From IMG/VR virus record IMGVR_UViG_3300046777_001769, positions 1 through 52,973 of that record: a stretch of 52,973 bases of DNA, one strand, 5' to 3'. This stretch comes from a virus (lineage: Duplodnaviria > Caudoviricetes). Shown piece after piece: positions 1-10,437 of this stretch (its first letter is position 1; every line of letters begins with the position of its first letter). The notes under the pieces were generated by a model, which saw only the letters and a list, made by a program, of their open reading frames with translations, was not told where the DNA came from and searched no databases. The position numbers and the translations under genes were made by a program.

Positions 1-3000
1 ATTATAAGTTCCTGGATTTTCTCCACCACTTAAGAAATCTCCTAGTTGATAAGTTACACTTCCATTTCCACCAATATTTGCATCAATTGCAGTAATAGTA
101 AATAATTGATAGTTGTAATTTTCGGAATTATATCCTTTTCCAGTAGAATTAACTCCTACACTAATATTTTCAATTAATACCTTATCATTTATTGCAAATG
201 GAAAAGCACTTGCAGTACTAAATCCAACTGCTAAAAAGACTGTAACGTTTTTAGTAGTCGAATTGTATGAAATTGAAGAAATTCCAACACCATTTGAATT
301 TTGAGTTGGAATAATGATCGGATCTGTATCATTAAGTCTATAAGTATTGTTTAAAATTGTAACATAATTATCTCCAAGTGAGTAGCGAAGATCTACCTCA
401 GATAAAACTTGCTTTGAATATCCATCCAAAACAACAAGTTTTGGTGAAGATATATATCCTCTTCCCACCGAAGTTATTCCTATTGAATCGAAAGAATTAA
501 GTGGTTCAATTTTTAAAATTTGGGGAAGAACTACATTAGGTCTTAAGGTAAAATCGCAGGAAAAATCAAATCCAATATTATTAAGTTTTGTTTTTTCAAC
601 TTTTCCTATTGAGTTACTGGATGCTTCTAAAATAGCACCAGTTCCATAAGATGAATTAACCGATGAAAACTTTGGAAGATTTGTGTAACTCTGTCCTTTT
701 GATAATATGTTGACTTTGGAAATAGGGCCAAACGCACTTAATGAAGTAGTTTCATATTCTAATTTCGATGAAGAATCATAAGAATAAGATTCTGGGATTT
801 TTTCTAAATTGTATGTGAATGAAGTAGAGGAAATTGATATTACTTTGTGTTTTCCATTATATCCACTAGAAGTGACTTGTATCTCATTATTTCCAATTAC
901 AGAAGAATCAATACTAACTTCTTCCTTTATTGAGGGGAGTGTATTTTCGTAAACGGGATCTAATTTATAATATAACTTTTCTGGAATATCTTTAGTTACG
1001 TTTAGTGTAACCTTTGCATTCGTATCTATACCTGTGTTTCCAGATCTTATAACTTCAAATGTATTACTGAGTTTGGATTTATCAAAAATTTGAGTATAAT
1101 TTGAATCGGTGTAGAAGTTTAATTCAAATGCAGAATATCTAACTGATCCATTAAGATATGAAAGAGAAGAATCTGATAGATCAAATGTTACGCTGGAGTT
1201 TCTATAAACTTTAATTGGTGGATTTACTGGAGATAAAGTTCCACTTGACGCTGAAGTTATATTAATAATTTCAGGATTTAAACTTATTGCACTATAATAC
1301 GAAGGGGATAATTTCACAGAATTTCTATCAAAAGTAACAATATAGTAAATTTTATTGTTACTTAATCCCCCAGAAGGAGACGCCGAGGTATAGACAATTT
1401 TTTGTCCATTTTCAAAATTGTGATCTGGAATTGTTATTATATTTGAAGCAATGTCAACATCTCCAGAAACAAAAGATCTTGGATTTACTAAAACTTTTCT
1501 ATTATCATCATTATATTTTATTGTGATTGAAGTAGAAATTCCAGGATTTACACTTACAAATACTTCATCATTGTTTGTAAGTCCATGTGTTTGTGCAGTA
1601 GAAACTGTTACAGTATTTTTTGATACTTGTCCAGAAAGTTTTGGATAATATGTTTTGAAACTATGGTATACACCTGTTCCAATCCCAGTAAAATACAAGG
1701 TACTAATTGAAGCAGTAGTTGTTGCAATTCCCACAAAAGTTCCTGTAGATCCAAGTCCAACTTTTACCGTTGATATTCCTATTAAATCATTTGTGATTTT
1801 AGCAACATAAATTGTTGATTGGTCACTAAGAGACCAAGAAGATGTTCCATTATTTGAAACAGAAATAGAACCACCACTATTAGTTGAATAAACTAAAGAA
1901 TCGCCAGTTTGTAAATTGTGGTCTGGAATATAAACTGTTCTTGTTGGAATAAAGATTTGAGTAATTCCTACTCCCGGATTTGCGAAAGATAATGTGGACC
2001 CAATTCCTACTCCAGAAATCGTACCAACACCAATAGATTCTTTTGGATTGAAATAAATTTCTTTATTTGCCTTATATCCATATGAAACAGTATCACCTGC
2101 ATTTATAGAAAATCTTCTAGAAGATTCATATAAAGCATCAGTATAACTATGTGCAGATCCAACACTACCATCAACAGATCTTAGAACTCTAATTCTAGAA
2201 GAACTTCTGTCTACGTTTAGTACTTTAATTTTTTCATTTCCAATTTGGTAAATGTCATTTTCTTTTATAGAAGAATATGAAAGATTACCTGCAACAGAAA
2301 TAAACGTAACTATACCGGTTACCCCAACTGTCCCAATACCAGAAGGATTTGCGAGAGATAATATATTTGTAGAAACACCTATAGTATACGATCCTTTTAT
2401 CAAGGATGATGTTGTGTTTAATCCCGAAATAGTAACAAGATCGGTATTTATAAGGTTATGCGGAGAGACTGATTGGATGATTAGTAAATTTTTGCTGCCT
2501 TCAAATGGATAAATTTCTGTACCGTAGATAGTAGTATTTGCAACACTAATTGAGTTTACAATTTTTCCGCCAATCCTAGAAACTTTTGAAGTGAATCCAA
2601 ATCCAGCAGTTTCATCGTTGTCAAAAATTATCTTATCATTTACTTTGTAATTAGAACCTCCAGTCACTATACCAACACTATCGATTGGACCAGGAGATGC
2701 ATATTTGATATCAATTGTTTGATCTAAATTATTTGGTAAAGATATGTAAGGATATGATGTTCCCTTTTTAAGTAAATTGTATGGAAATGTATTTCTTGCC
2801 CAAGTGGTTTTGTTTAGATCAATATCATCTTGATTGGAAAATCTGCTAAAGTTAAAATCATTAGGAGTAGATTTGAATTTATTTCCAATAATATACGGAA
2901 AAATTGGTAATCTATAATTTCCAAAAGAATTGGATGCTGTTTCATCTATAGTTGCAAAATATGCGTATGTTCCATTGGGAAAATCTGGAGTAACACAAAA

Positions 3001-6000
3001 TCTACCATTGTACTCATCTAAAACTGTATCATCGGTTACATTTTTATATTCAAAGTCTTCAACAAAGAAACCAATTGGAAATGGTGGTCTGTTTGGTAAA
3101 GGGCTAGAAATATATCCGGATTTCATTCTAGATATATTTCCTTTTCCATCTTTATTTGAAAATCCATATGGACCATATATTGGATTTCCATCATATGCCC
3201 ATCCAATTATTGGCGAATGTTTTGTCGAAGAAACTTCAATACCATTTTGTTTAATTAGATCTGGCGTACCATAAAGAATTTTTCCACCAACTTCTTTTGC
3301 GTATGTAGTTTCTCTTAATTTTCTTGGTGCATATAAATGTGTATACTGTAATTCATATTTTGAGTTTGAATTATAGAAAATAGATCCGTCATCAGTGGTT
3401 ATTTTATTAAAATACTTCGCAAAAAGATTAATAGTCCAAGATTTTAATTTTGGACTAAGTTCAGCACCAACACCCGCTGGCGATACTGTAATAAAAGTAT
3501 TATTTTGATCATATCCAGCACCACTTTCAACAATTTTAATTGAAGTAATTTGTCCATTATTCAATATAGGAGTTAAAACTGCACCCAATCCATTTCCATT
3601 AGTTAAAATATTTAAATTTGGGGGAGAATTATAATCTTTTCCTGGATTGTTAATCAAAACATCAACAATCTTTCCACTGTTGATTATAGGAACAAGTTGT
3701 GCCTCTGATCCACTACTTAAAGATACATCTGGAATTCTGTTGAAATTGATAATTTCTGAAGATCCGTATCCAACGCCATTATTTTCTAAATGAACCGAAG
3801 CAATTTCACCTCTAAAAATTGGTTGAACTACCGCTTTAAATGAAGATGATACGCCAACGTTTCCAACAATTTCAACTGTTATTTGTGGGTAGTTAAAGAA
3901 ATGAATTCCAGATCCAATCGAAGTTAATTGAATATATTGATTTGTTTGATAATAAAAATCTTTATTATCAGTACCGAAACCGACTAAAGAAAGTTTGAAA
4001 TTATTATCATCGACTTTTGTTACGTAATAATTTGTATTGTTAGTTAAACCGCCAATTGGAGAACCACTTGTGGTGTAATTAATAATTTCCCCTGACTGAT
4101 AATCGTGACTTTCGATTGTCACATATCCAATGGAAGTGTTAATTCCACTTGAACTTACAGTTTTCTTTTTATTTTGATAATTTGCTCCGGAGTCATCAAT
4201 ATTGATCGATGATATAACGGATTTTTTGTTAAAAGATTCTAAATCATGATTACCAATACCAAATGATGTAAGTGCAACCGTATTAACGCCCACTAAAGCA
4301 TCATCAAAAGTTTTATGTAATTTAACTGTAAAAGAATCTTGAACAGAAACATAATATGAGGAGTTTGTAGAAATACCACCAACTGATTGTTGTGCGTTAG
4401 TTCTGTATACTACTCTCTCAGCATTTCTAAATCTATGATAAGTAGAGAACCCAATTGTGTTGTTTGTAATATTTACAAATGCAGACTTAGATTCTGAACT
4501 AAATGATACTTTATGATCAATTAATTTCATCGATGCACTTGCTTTCGCACCAGATCCGTTTCCACCACTAATATTAATTTTTGGGGGTTCCAAATAATCA
4601 AAACCGGGGTCAATAATTCTAATTTCTTGAAGTGAACCCCTAACAGCACAATATCCTGTTGCTCCAGTTCCAACAGAATCTGATATTATCAATGTTGGTG
4701 GATTGATAACATCATATCCATCACCAGAATTTATGATGCCAATATCTTCAATTGTATTATAATAAATTTTATCCTTCGATTTATAGTTTAGTATTTCTAC
4801 GCCATTAATTAAAATACCAACAGGTCCGGGAGTTGTTTCATAATTCTTTCCATCATTAATTGGGGGATTAATTTCTCTTAAAAGTTTTTGAGATTTTAAT
4901 GTTTTTAAATAAAAATCATAGTCCTCAAACTTACTACCCGATACTGTAATTGGACTAGTAATGTTAATAAAAATTGAACCATAAAGATTAGATCTACTTT
5001 TGGCAATTTTTACACTGTTTGAATTCACTCTCTTTATAAAATATACCCCACTATCAAACAAAGACCCCTGGCTTGAACTATAATAAACAGAATCGCCGGT
5101 GTAAAACCCATGATCTTCTCCGGGACTAATAGTAAATGTATCTCCGACAAACGTTCCCGAGAAAGTTATAGTTCTATCAAAAGCATTCAATGATTGGCTA
5201 TTATAATGTGGCAAAGAGGAAGATGCTACAAGAGTTCTATCATCAATTTTGTAAACATTTTGAACATCTGTAGTCTGACTTGCTAGATATGGATATTTTG
5301 AAGAATTAACTTTAAGTAAATTTCTTTTAATCGAATAAGATTTATTTAAATTCAGAGATCCCTGTCCACTAATTTCGATAGTATTATTAGAAACTATGTT
5401 AGTGATAGATGATGGTGTTGAAATTCCATCACTTGAGATGACATTTATGTCATCACCAATCCTAAAACTATGATCAATTGATGTTACTAATCGATATGTG
5501 CCACTGACACTATCGATTAACGATATTGAAGATATATCAATTAAAGAAGATGTATTAAAAATCCAGATATTAGAAACTACAGTATCTTTTGGATTTACCC
5601 CAAGAGTTTTAATAATACCACTATCTTGATTATTATAATAGAAAGTATCGCCAATAATTTCTATATCTTTAAGGACCGAAGTAATTCTTACCTTAATAAC
5701 TTCATTTGAATTCCTATTTGAAGTTCCATAGGCATATACATTCAACCAAATATCACTTGCATCTGAGATTGATTTTGTTATATTTTGACATCCAAAAAAT
5801 TGATTTAAACTCTTTGAAGTATATGTAATAGTCCCTTGAGTTCCGTCATTATAAGTTACGGACAATTCACCTTCTAATGGAAATCCTACAGTGGAATCTA
5901 CATCTAAGGTATTGGTTCCGGCGACTACATTTCCAATAAGTTTTGTTTTAGGGTGAATTGAAAAATTGCCATAAAGAGACCCATCAACAATAATATCTTT

Positions 6001-6903
6001 ATTGTATCCTGCGTCAAAACTCAATTTATAATATATTTTATCCGATTTAGCAAAAATCTTTTCTACTCTGGATATTGGTGCATATCCCTTTGGTACATCC
6101 TTATATGCGTCCTGATATAAAGTAGATCTCTCTAGGTCATATGGACTTCCAGAAATACTTTCAACAATTAGGTCATTAGTTATTTTGTACTGAGAATCTG
6201 ATGGTTTTGTTAGATAATCTTGTGGTTTTACAATTTTGACATCTTCACCATATAATACTTTAAATAGAATTTGGAAAGAAAGATCTGTTCCTCTTGTAGA
6301 GTAAAAATCTTTTGATTGCTTTAAGAAAAGATACTTATCTAAAGAACTATAGAACTCTCTTTGCTCAAATCCAGGTGCTAATTGATATTTAATTTTTTTG
6401 AAAAATTCTTTTAAGAAAAGGGAACTTAGATTAATGACGCTTTTAGCAGTTCCATCAGTATTTTTATTACTATGATCAACAGATTCTGTTGAACTGAATA
6501 GAAGTTGATCTGGTTTATTTTGAGTATTATATGAAGTTACTCCACTAAACCCTCTTATACATCCAGTAAAAGAAGTTGGAGTTTTGCTTGTATATGTAAT
6601 AATCTCATTATCTATTTGCAATAATCCATAAGAATCAGGAAACCCTACAGTACTTGATACTGATATTGTTTCATCAAGAAAAGAAATGTCTGCAGTAAGA
6701 GTTGTTGATTCTGCATTATTCTTAATAGTATCTAATTTTAAGTACTGATCAATATTCTGAATTAAATCAGTTGAAGCACTCTGAAATTCTTGAGAAATAT
6801 AGTACTGTTTTAAAAACTCAGCAACTAATGGAAACTCCTCCCTAACATATGCTGGAAGTTGATTCTGGATGATGTTATTAAACTGAATTCTTTTTTCTGT
6901 CAT
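1..6903 (-). CDS. Very large baseplate wedge protein (gp7/VrlC-like, YHYH-type domain); 3' end outside the window
   Basis: ATG at 6903 reads MTEKRIQFNNIIQNQLPAYVREEFPLVAEFLKQYY; the same frame reads SVTYQLGDFLSGGENPGTYN at 60-1; HSPIIGWAYDGNPIYGPYGF and LDEYNGRFCVTPDFPNGTYAYF near 2.95-3.22 kb; directly follows gp6. Frame spot-checked, not read codon by codon. Confidence 0.85.
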   Translation of the reverse strand, partial: MTEKRIQFNNIIQNQLPAYVREEFPLVAEFLKQYYISQEFQSASTDLIQNIDQYLKLDTIKNNAESTTLTADISFLDETISVSSTVGFPDSYGLLQIDNEIITYTSKTPTSFTGCIRGFSGVTSYNTQNKPDQLLFSSTESVDHSNKNTDGTAKSVINLSSLFLKEFFKKIKYQLAPGFEQREFYSSLDKYLFLKQSKDFYSTRGTDLSFQILFKVLYGEDVKIVKPQDYLTKPSDSQYKITNDLIVESISGSPYDLERSTLYQDAYKDVPKGYAPISRVEKIFAKSDKIYYKLSFDAGYNKDIIVDGSLYGNFSIHPKTKLIGNVVAGTNTLDVDSTVGFPLEGELSVTYNDGTQGTITYTSKSLNQFFGCQNITKSISDASDIWLNVYAYGTSNRNSNEVIKVRITSVLKDIEIIGDTFYYNNQDSGIIKTLGVNPKDTVVSNIWIFNTSSLIDISSISLIDSVSGTYRLVTSIDHSFRIGDDINVISSDGISTPSSITNIVSNNTIEISGQGSLNLNKSYSIKRNLLKVNSSKYPYLASQTTDVQNVYKIDDRTLVASSSLPHYNSQSLNAFDRTITFSGTFVGDTFTISPGEDHGFYTGDSVYYSSSQGSLFDSGVYFIKRVNSNSVKIAKSRSNLYGSIFINITSPITVSGSKFEDYDFYLKTLKSQKLLREINPPINDGKNYETTPGPVGILINGVEILNYKSKDKIYYNTIEDIGIINSGDGYDVINPPTLIISDSVGTGATGYCAVRGSLQEIRIIDPGFDYLEPPKINISGGNGSGAKASASMKLIDHKVSFSSESKSAFVNITNNTIGFSTYHRFRNAERVVYRTNAQQSVGGISTNSSYYVSVQDSFTVKLHKTFDDALVGVNTVALTSFGIGNHDLESFNKKSVISSINIDDSGANYQNKKKTVSSSGINTSIGYVTIESHDYQSGEIINYTTSGSPIGGLTNNTNYYVTKVDDNNFKLSLVGFGTDNKDFYYQTNQYIQLTSIGSGIHFFNYPQITVEIVGNVGVSSSFKAVVQPIFRGEIASVHLENNGVGYGSSEIINFNRIPDVSLSSGSEAQLVPIINSGKIVDVLINNPGKDYNSPPNLNILTNGNGLGAVLTPILNNGQITSIKIVESGAGYDQNNTFITVSPAGVGAELSPKLKSWTINLFAKYFNKITTDDGSIFYNSNSKYELQYTHLYAPRKLRETTYAKEVGGKILYGTPDLIKQNGIEVSSTKHSPIIGWAYDGNPIYGPYGFSNKDGKGNISRMKSGYISSPLPNRPPFPIGFFVEDFEYKNVTDDTVLDEYNGRFCVTPDFPNGTYAYFATIDETASNSFGNYRLPIFPYIIGNKFKSTPNDFNFSRFSNQDDIDLNKTTWARNTFPYNLLKKGTSYPYISLPNNLDQTIDIKYASPGPIDSVGIVTGGSNYKVNDKIIFDNDETAGFGFTSKVSRIGGKIVNSISVANTTIYGTEIYPFEGSKNLLIIQSVSPHNLINTDLVTISGLNTTSSLIKGSYTIGVSTNILSLANPSGIGTVGVTGIVTFISVAGNLSYSSIKENDIYQIGNEKIKVLNVDRSSSRIRVLRSVDGSVGSAHSYTDALYESSRRFSINAGDTVSYGYKANKEIYFNPKESIGVGTISGVGIGSTLSFANPGVGITQIFIPTRTVYIPDHNLQTGDSLVYSTNSGGSISVSNNGTSSWSLSDQSTIYVAKITNDLIGISTVKVGLGSTGTFVGIATTTASISTLYFTGIGTGVYHSFKTYYPKLSGQVSKNTVTVSTAQTHGLTNNDEVFVSVNPGISTSITIKYNDDNRKVLVNPRSFVSGDVDIASNIITIPDHNFENGQKIVYTSASPSGGLSNNKIYYIVTFDRNSVKLSPSYYSAISLNPEIINITSASSGTLSPVNPPIKVYRNSSVTFDLSDSSLSYLNGSVRYSAFELNFYTDSNYTQIFDKSKLSNTFEVIRSGNTGIDTNAKVTLNVTKDIPEKLYYKLDPVYENTLPSIKEEVSIDSSVIGNNEIQVTSSGYNGKHKVISISSTSFTYNLEKIPESYSYDSSSKLEYETTSLSAFGPISKVNILSKGQSYTNLPKFSSVNSSYGTGAILEASSNSIGKVEKTKLNNIGFDFSCDFTLRPNVVLPQILKIEPLNSFDSIGITSVGRGYISSPKLVVLDGYSKQVLSEVDLRYSLGDNYVTILNNTYRLNDTDPIIIPTQNSNGVGISSISYNSTTKNVTVFLAVGFSTASAFPFAINDKVLIENISVGVNSTGKGYNSENYNYQLFTITAIDANIGGNGSVTYQLGDFLSGGENPGTYN

Positions 6904-6907
6904 TTTA

Positions 6908-8836
6908 TTATGATCTTACTAGGTTCCCGTTGCTGTAGCTTGATTTTACAATATAGTTAGATGCTGAAGGATCAAGTCCTGATGAGATTTCATCAGGAAC
7001 CATTTCAAAAACACTCTTATTAATATCTAGTTGAAGATAAAGATCCTGTAATCCAATTACATCATTGGATTGGGGAATTGCCGATATTTCAATAATCGTT
7101 TGTCCATCTTTTACCTTTCCAGATAAAATATTAATTGGGTTGAGTGTAATAATTCCTTTTTTGTAATCAATTCTACCAACATTTCTTTTGACGATTGTTG
7201 CTGTTGTTGAATTTACATTTGGAACGGTGAATAGAAAGATAGATCCTGTTGTTCTATTAGTATCTGGAATATCGGAAAGATACACAGTTTCTTGTAAATC
7301 TGAAACTCTAAATGCAGAAGATTTTATATTATATCCATCCATACTTTTGATATGAAATTCATTCCCAAAACCAATTTGATATTCCGCAAAAGTATTTAAA
7401 GCAACTCTCAAATCTCTTCTCATCTGTATCGTAGTAATATTAGAGGTCACAGATTCGTGACTATCATCTATAATTTTTAAGAATTTACTATACTTAAATC
7501 TTGCTCCATATTTATTCAGTTCTGTAGACTCCGCATACTTATTTGCGTTAGATTGAATTAAAGACGAAACATATGCAGAACTGGGAGCAAGGTTTGTATT
7601 ATAATAAACGTTTGAGATTACTTCGAGGTAGAGATATTTGAGATCTAAAATTTCTGGTATAATTCCAGCAACTGCATACTTTTTAAGATCTCTTTTAATA
7701 TTTTCTTTGATTAAATTTGGAAGAAAGTCGCCATTTCTTGGTTTAATGCTAATAAAAACTTTTCCATACTGAGGAGGAATTAACTCCTCTCCGCCAAATA
7801 CAGAAATTGACTCAGTTTCAGGATATATTTTGTTTGGAATTAAGATTTCATAGTCATTTGCGGATAATGCTCTATTTTGAGAAGCATAAATTCTAGGAGC
7901 ATACCTTTTAATCGATTCTACAGATTCAATGTTTTCCCCACCCTGAGAAATAATACCAGTTGTTAAGAGAGATATTCCAGATGTAACTGTGTATTCTACA
8001 GAATTCCTAGTATAAGTAAGTCTTCCAGAAAAACTAAACTGACTTACTCCATTACCACTATCACCATTTGATACAATATAATTTACTTCAATGTAATTAT
8101 TATTTTCTAGTTTTTTACCAAATAAAATTCCATCACCAAAAATTAATTCATATCTTTCATCTTCTATTTCCTGAATATAATAAACTTTTGAATCTTTGTT
8201 TACATCAAATACATTATCTTGAAGTCTATACTTTGTAGATGCCGTTGCTGTTATAGAATCTCTTACCTTGACTGAAATAAGTGCAGTATCGACCCCGACG
8301 TTTGGGAGAATAAATCTCTGATTTGGATTATTTGAATTATAAGTAAAATTACTATCTAATAATACCCCTTCATAAATTTGAATATCATTAAAAGATGCAA
8401 TATTATCCACAACTGGAACTGTAATATCATCTAAAATTGAAAATACAAATGATTGATTTCCAAAAGTTCCTGATGTACTAGCAACAGTACCTTTTTTTAA
8501 GGTTAGTGATGAAGGAACTGGTGTAATATTACTAGTATCTACGAAAAAACTTATTGTTGAGATTGCTGCTTTTCTTGATCTTGGAACATATCCAATATTT
8601 CTGGCAAGAGAAACAACATTTTCCCTAAGTGTTGCACTATCAATGAACACTTCATTTGCAATCATATTTGCGTTATATGAAGTGATGTAAGTGTTATATG
8701 CCAGAACATCAAGAATAGTTGAGAGATTGGATCCCTCAAAGTCATAATCAGTAAAATTTGAATTTGACTTTAGATAATCTCTAAGACTTGTTTTAATCTG
8801 GTCAAAATCCAGATTTGAAAGATTTACTAATGGCAT
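6908..8836 (-). CDS. gp6: Baseplate wedge subunit gp6
   Basis: LDFDQIK..FTDYDFEGSNLS.ILDVLAYNTY..NEVFIDSATLRENVVSLARNIGYVPRS; QNRA...DY; GKVFISIKP: T4 gp6 signature. Confidence 0.95.
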   Translation of the reverse strand: MPLVNLSNLDFDQIKTSLRDYLKSNSNFTDYDFEGSNLSTILDVLAYNTYITSYNANMIANEVFIDSATLRENVVSLARNIGYVPRSRKAAISTISFFVDTSNITPVPSSLTLKKGTVASTSGTFGNQSFVFSILDDITVPVVDNIASFNDIQIYEGVLLDSNFTYNSNNPNQRFILPNVGVDTALISVKVRDSITATASTKYRLQDNVFDVNKDSKVYYIQEIEDERYELIFGDGILFGKKLENNNYIEVNYIVSNGDSGNGVSQFSFSGRLTYTRNSVEYTVTSGISLLTTGIISQGGENIESVESIKRYAPRIYASQNRALSANDYEILIPNKIYPETESISVFGGEELIPPQYGKVFISIKPRNGDFLPNLIKENIKRDLKKYAVAGIIPEILDLKYLYLEVISNVYYNTNLAPSSAYVSSLIQSNANKYAESTELNKYGARFKYSKFLKIIDDSHESVTSNITTIQMRRDLRVALNTFAEYQIGFGNEFHIKSMDGYNIKSSAFRVSDLQETVYLSDIPDTNRTTGSIFLFTVPNVNSTTATIVKRNVGRIDYKKGIITLNPINILSGKVKDGQTIIEISAIPQSNDVIGLQDLYLQLDINKSVFEMVPDEISSGLDPSASNYIVKSSYSNGNLVRS

Positions 8837-9238
8837 TTACCTAGTAGGTTGCAGAACGAATTGTAATTGTTGCGCTGGAACATCTATACCAACAATTCTA
8901 TAGGTTATGATCACATCAAAAGCACTGTTGTCAAAATCGGGGTTCACTTGAACATCTATTAATGAAACTCTTGGCTCATAGTTTTGAATTGAATTCTCAA
9001 TTTCATCTTTTATAACGAGAGCTGAAGAACTATCTAAGTTCTCAAAAAGAGAACCACTAATTCTAGAACCAAAGTTATCATTAAAAAATTTTTCGCCAGG
9101 TAAAGTAAACACAATATTACGAATAGAGCGAGCAATTGCGTTTTCATTTTTAAGGGCAATCAGGTCATTCGTCAGAGGATTGCTCTGAAATGACATACTA
9201 ATATCTTTAAATCCCTGACTTACCCTTTGTAAAGGCAT
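8837..9238 (-). CDS. gp25: Baseplate wedge subunit gp25
   Basis: KDISMSF..NP.T.DL..LKNENAIARSIRNIV.T.PGEK.F...FGS..YEPRV: gp25 family; adjacent to gp6. Confidence 0.95.
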   Translation of the reverse strand: MPLQRVSQGFKDISMSFQSNPLTNDLIALKNENAIARSIRNIVFTLPGEKFFNDNFGSRISGSLFENLDSSSALVIKDEIENSIQNYEPRVSLIDVQVNPDFDNSAFDVIITYRIVGIDVPAQQLQFVLQPTR

Positions 9239-9264
9239 TGATTATTATAATTCTATCTTATTTA

Positions 9265-10101
9265 TTAAGGATTTTTTGATTCATAAAGAGGTTCTGTTCC
9301 ATATTCCCAATCATCATAGTCTTCATCATTGCGAATTTTTGAATGAATTTCGTTTTGATGAGCAAAATCATGTTTTTTGGAGTTCAAATCATCATTTGCA
9401 ATCTCTCTAAGTAGTTTTTGATCCATTTTGTGCTCCTGATTTGTTAAATCAGAACTTTTTACGGGGTTGCTATCCCGAATTTTTGTAATTTCGTACATAA
9501 AATCGTCAGATGTTTCAATTTTGCGACGATTTTCAACAGAATATTCGGTTAAATCAATCTCATAACCTGGATTTTTAGTAATTCTATTCTTTGTCCATGC
9601 ATCATCATACCATAGTATCTTATTATTGGGGTATGCATAGAAATTTCCATTGTCCATCTTAAAAAAATGAGCACATTTATGCTCTGGAGTCTCACTAAAA
9701 TTAGTATTCAAAGTAGATTTTGATTCCCATGACCAATCAAGCGTGAATAAGTATGTTCCTTCATTCTTTTCTCCGCGATAGTTGATAAGTTCTGCACGTA
9801 AATTAGACAATCTCGATCGAACTTGTACATCAATATAAGGAGAAAAACAATCCCACCACATACACTCCTCTAATTCTGGTACAGGTGCATCTGGTTTCCA
9901 ACAAAAGGCATGTATTGGTCTTCTTGTCCAATTAACCCCATTCTCTAAAAACGCCTCAAAGAGGGGTACGTGCTTCTCTAAGGACGCTACGGAGTGTACG
10001 TCACATAAAGTTACCTCACCATGACCTTTTTTGTGATTATAAAGAAATTCATTGCGAATATAACAAGTAATTGTCGGAAGATTGTGATTTAGATAAGACA
10101 T
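9265..10101 (-). CDS. Phage hypothetical protein, possibly a fusion with a 53-aa ORF starting at 9426
   Basis: 278-aa ORF; internal in-frame ATG at 9426 has its own GGAG Shine-Dalgarno. Confidence 0.7.
   Translation of the reverse strand: MSYLNHNLPTITCYIRNEFLYNHKKGHGEVTLCDVHSVASLEKHVPLFEAFLENGVNWTRRPIHAFCWKPDAPVPELEECMWWDCFSPYIDVQVRSRLSNLRAELINYRGEKNEGTYLFTLDWSWESKSTLNTNFSETPEHKCAHFFKMDNGNFYAYPNNKILWYDDAWTKNRITKNPGYEIDLTEYSVENRRKIETSDDFMYEITKIRDSNPVKSSDLTNQEHKMDQKLLREIANDDLNSKKHDFAHQNEIHSKIRNDEDYDDWEYGTEPLYESKNP
9427..9478 (-). promoter_or_regulatory. Candidate structured RNA leader (small pseudoknot plus SD-sequestering hairpin)
   Basis: Minus strand CGGG-ATAGCAAC-CCCG-TAAAAA-GTTCTGATTT-AAC-AAATCAGGAGC-ACAAA-ATG. 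Confidence 0.5.
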
Positions 10102-10111
10102 AATTTCTAAT

Positions 10112-10138
10112 AAAAAAGCAGGAATTTCTTCCTGCTTT
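10112..10138 (-). terminator. Intrinsic terminator
   Basis: GCAGGAA-N4-TTCCTGC hairpin followed by a T6 run on the minus strand. Confidence 0.75.
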
Positions 10139-10145
10139 ATCTATA

Positions 10146-10286
10146 TTATTTTCCTTGTCCCCGATACCTTTTTTTACGTCCATTACGAGAAGTTGCACTC
10201 AACAATGTACGAGCAGAACGTCCCTGGCGAGTTTTCTTTGGTGCTCCGGGTTCAAATATAGTCTTATTAGATCCACCTTTAGCCAT
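10146..10286 (-). CDS. Small basic protein (46 aa)
   Basis: Hand translation MAKGGSNKTIFEPGAPKKTRQGRSARTLLSATSRNGRKKRYRGQGK; GGAGG SD upstream. Confidence 0.75.
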   Translation of the reverse strand: MAKGGSNKTIFEPGAPKKTRQGRSARTLLSATSRNGRKKRYRGQGK

Positions 10287-10437
10287 AAGTTTCCTCCATT
10301 TCAATTAGATTAGGATCAATGTCCTCTCCCGAGAAATAACGCTCAGAAAAGTCTTGAAGTATCTCACTACAATCTTCTGCAGTGAGATTTGTATAAATTT
10401 TACGCCCTTTATATAAAAGATTGTAAGTTTTTTCCAT
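10279..10437 (-). CDS. Hypothetical protein (52 aa)
   Basis: Hand translation MEKTYNLLYKGRKIYTNLTAEDCSEILQDFSERYFSGEDIDPNLIEMEETYG; start coupled to the upstream stop. Confidence 0.7.
   Translation of the reverse strand: MEKTYNLLYKGRKIYTNLTAEDCSEILQDFSERYFSGEDIDPNLIEMEETYG

Noticed and set aside
1451-3274. Plus-strand ORFs at 1451, 2252 and 2930
   Set aside because: Antisense shadows of the large baseplate gene.
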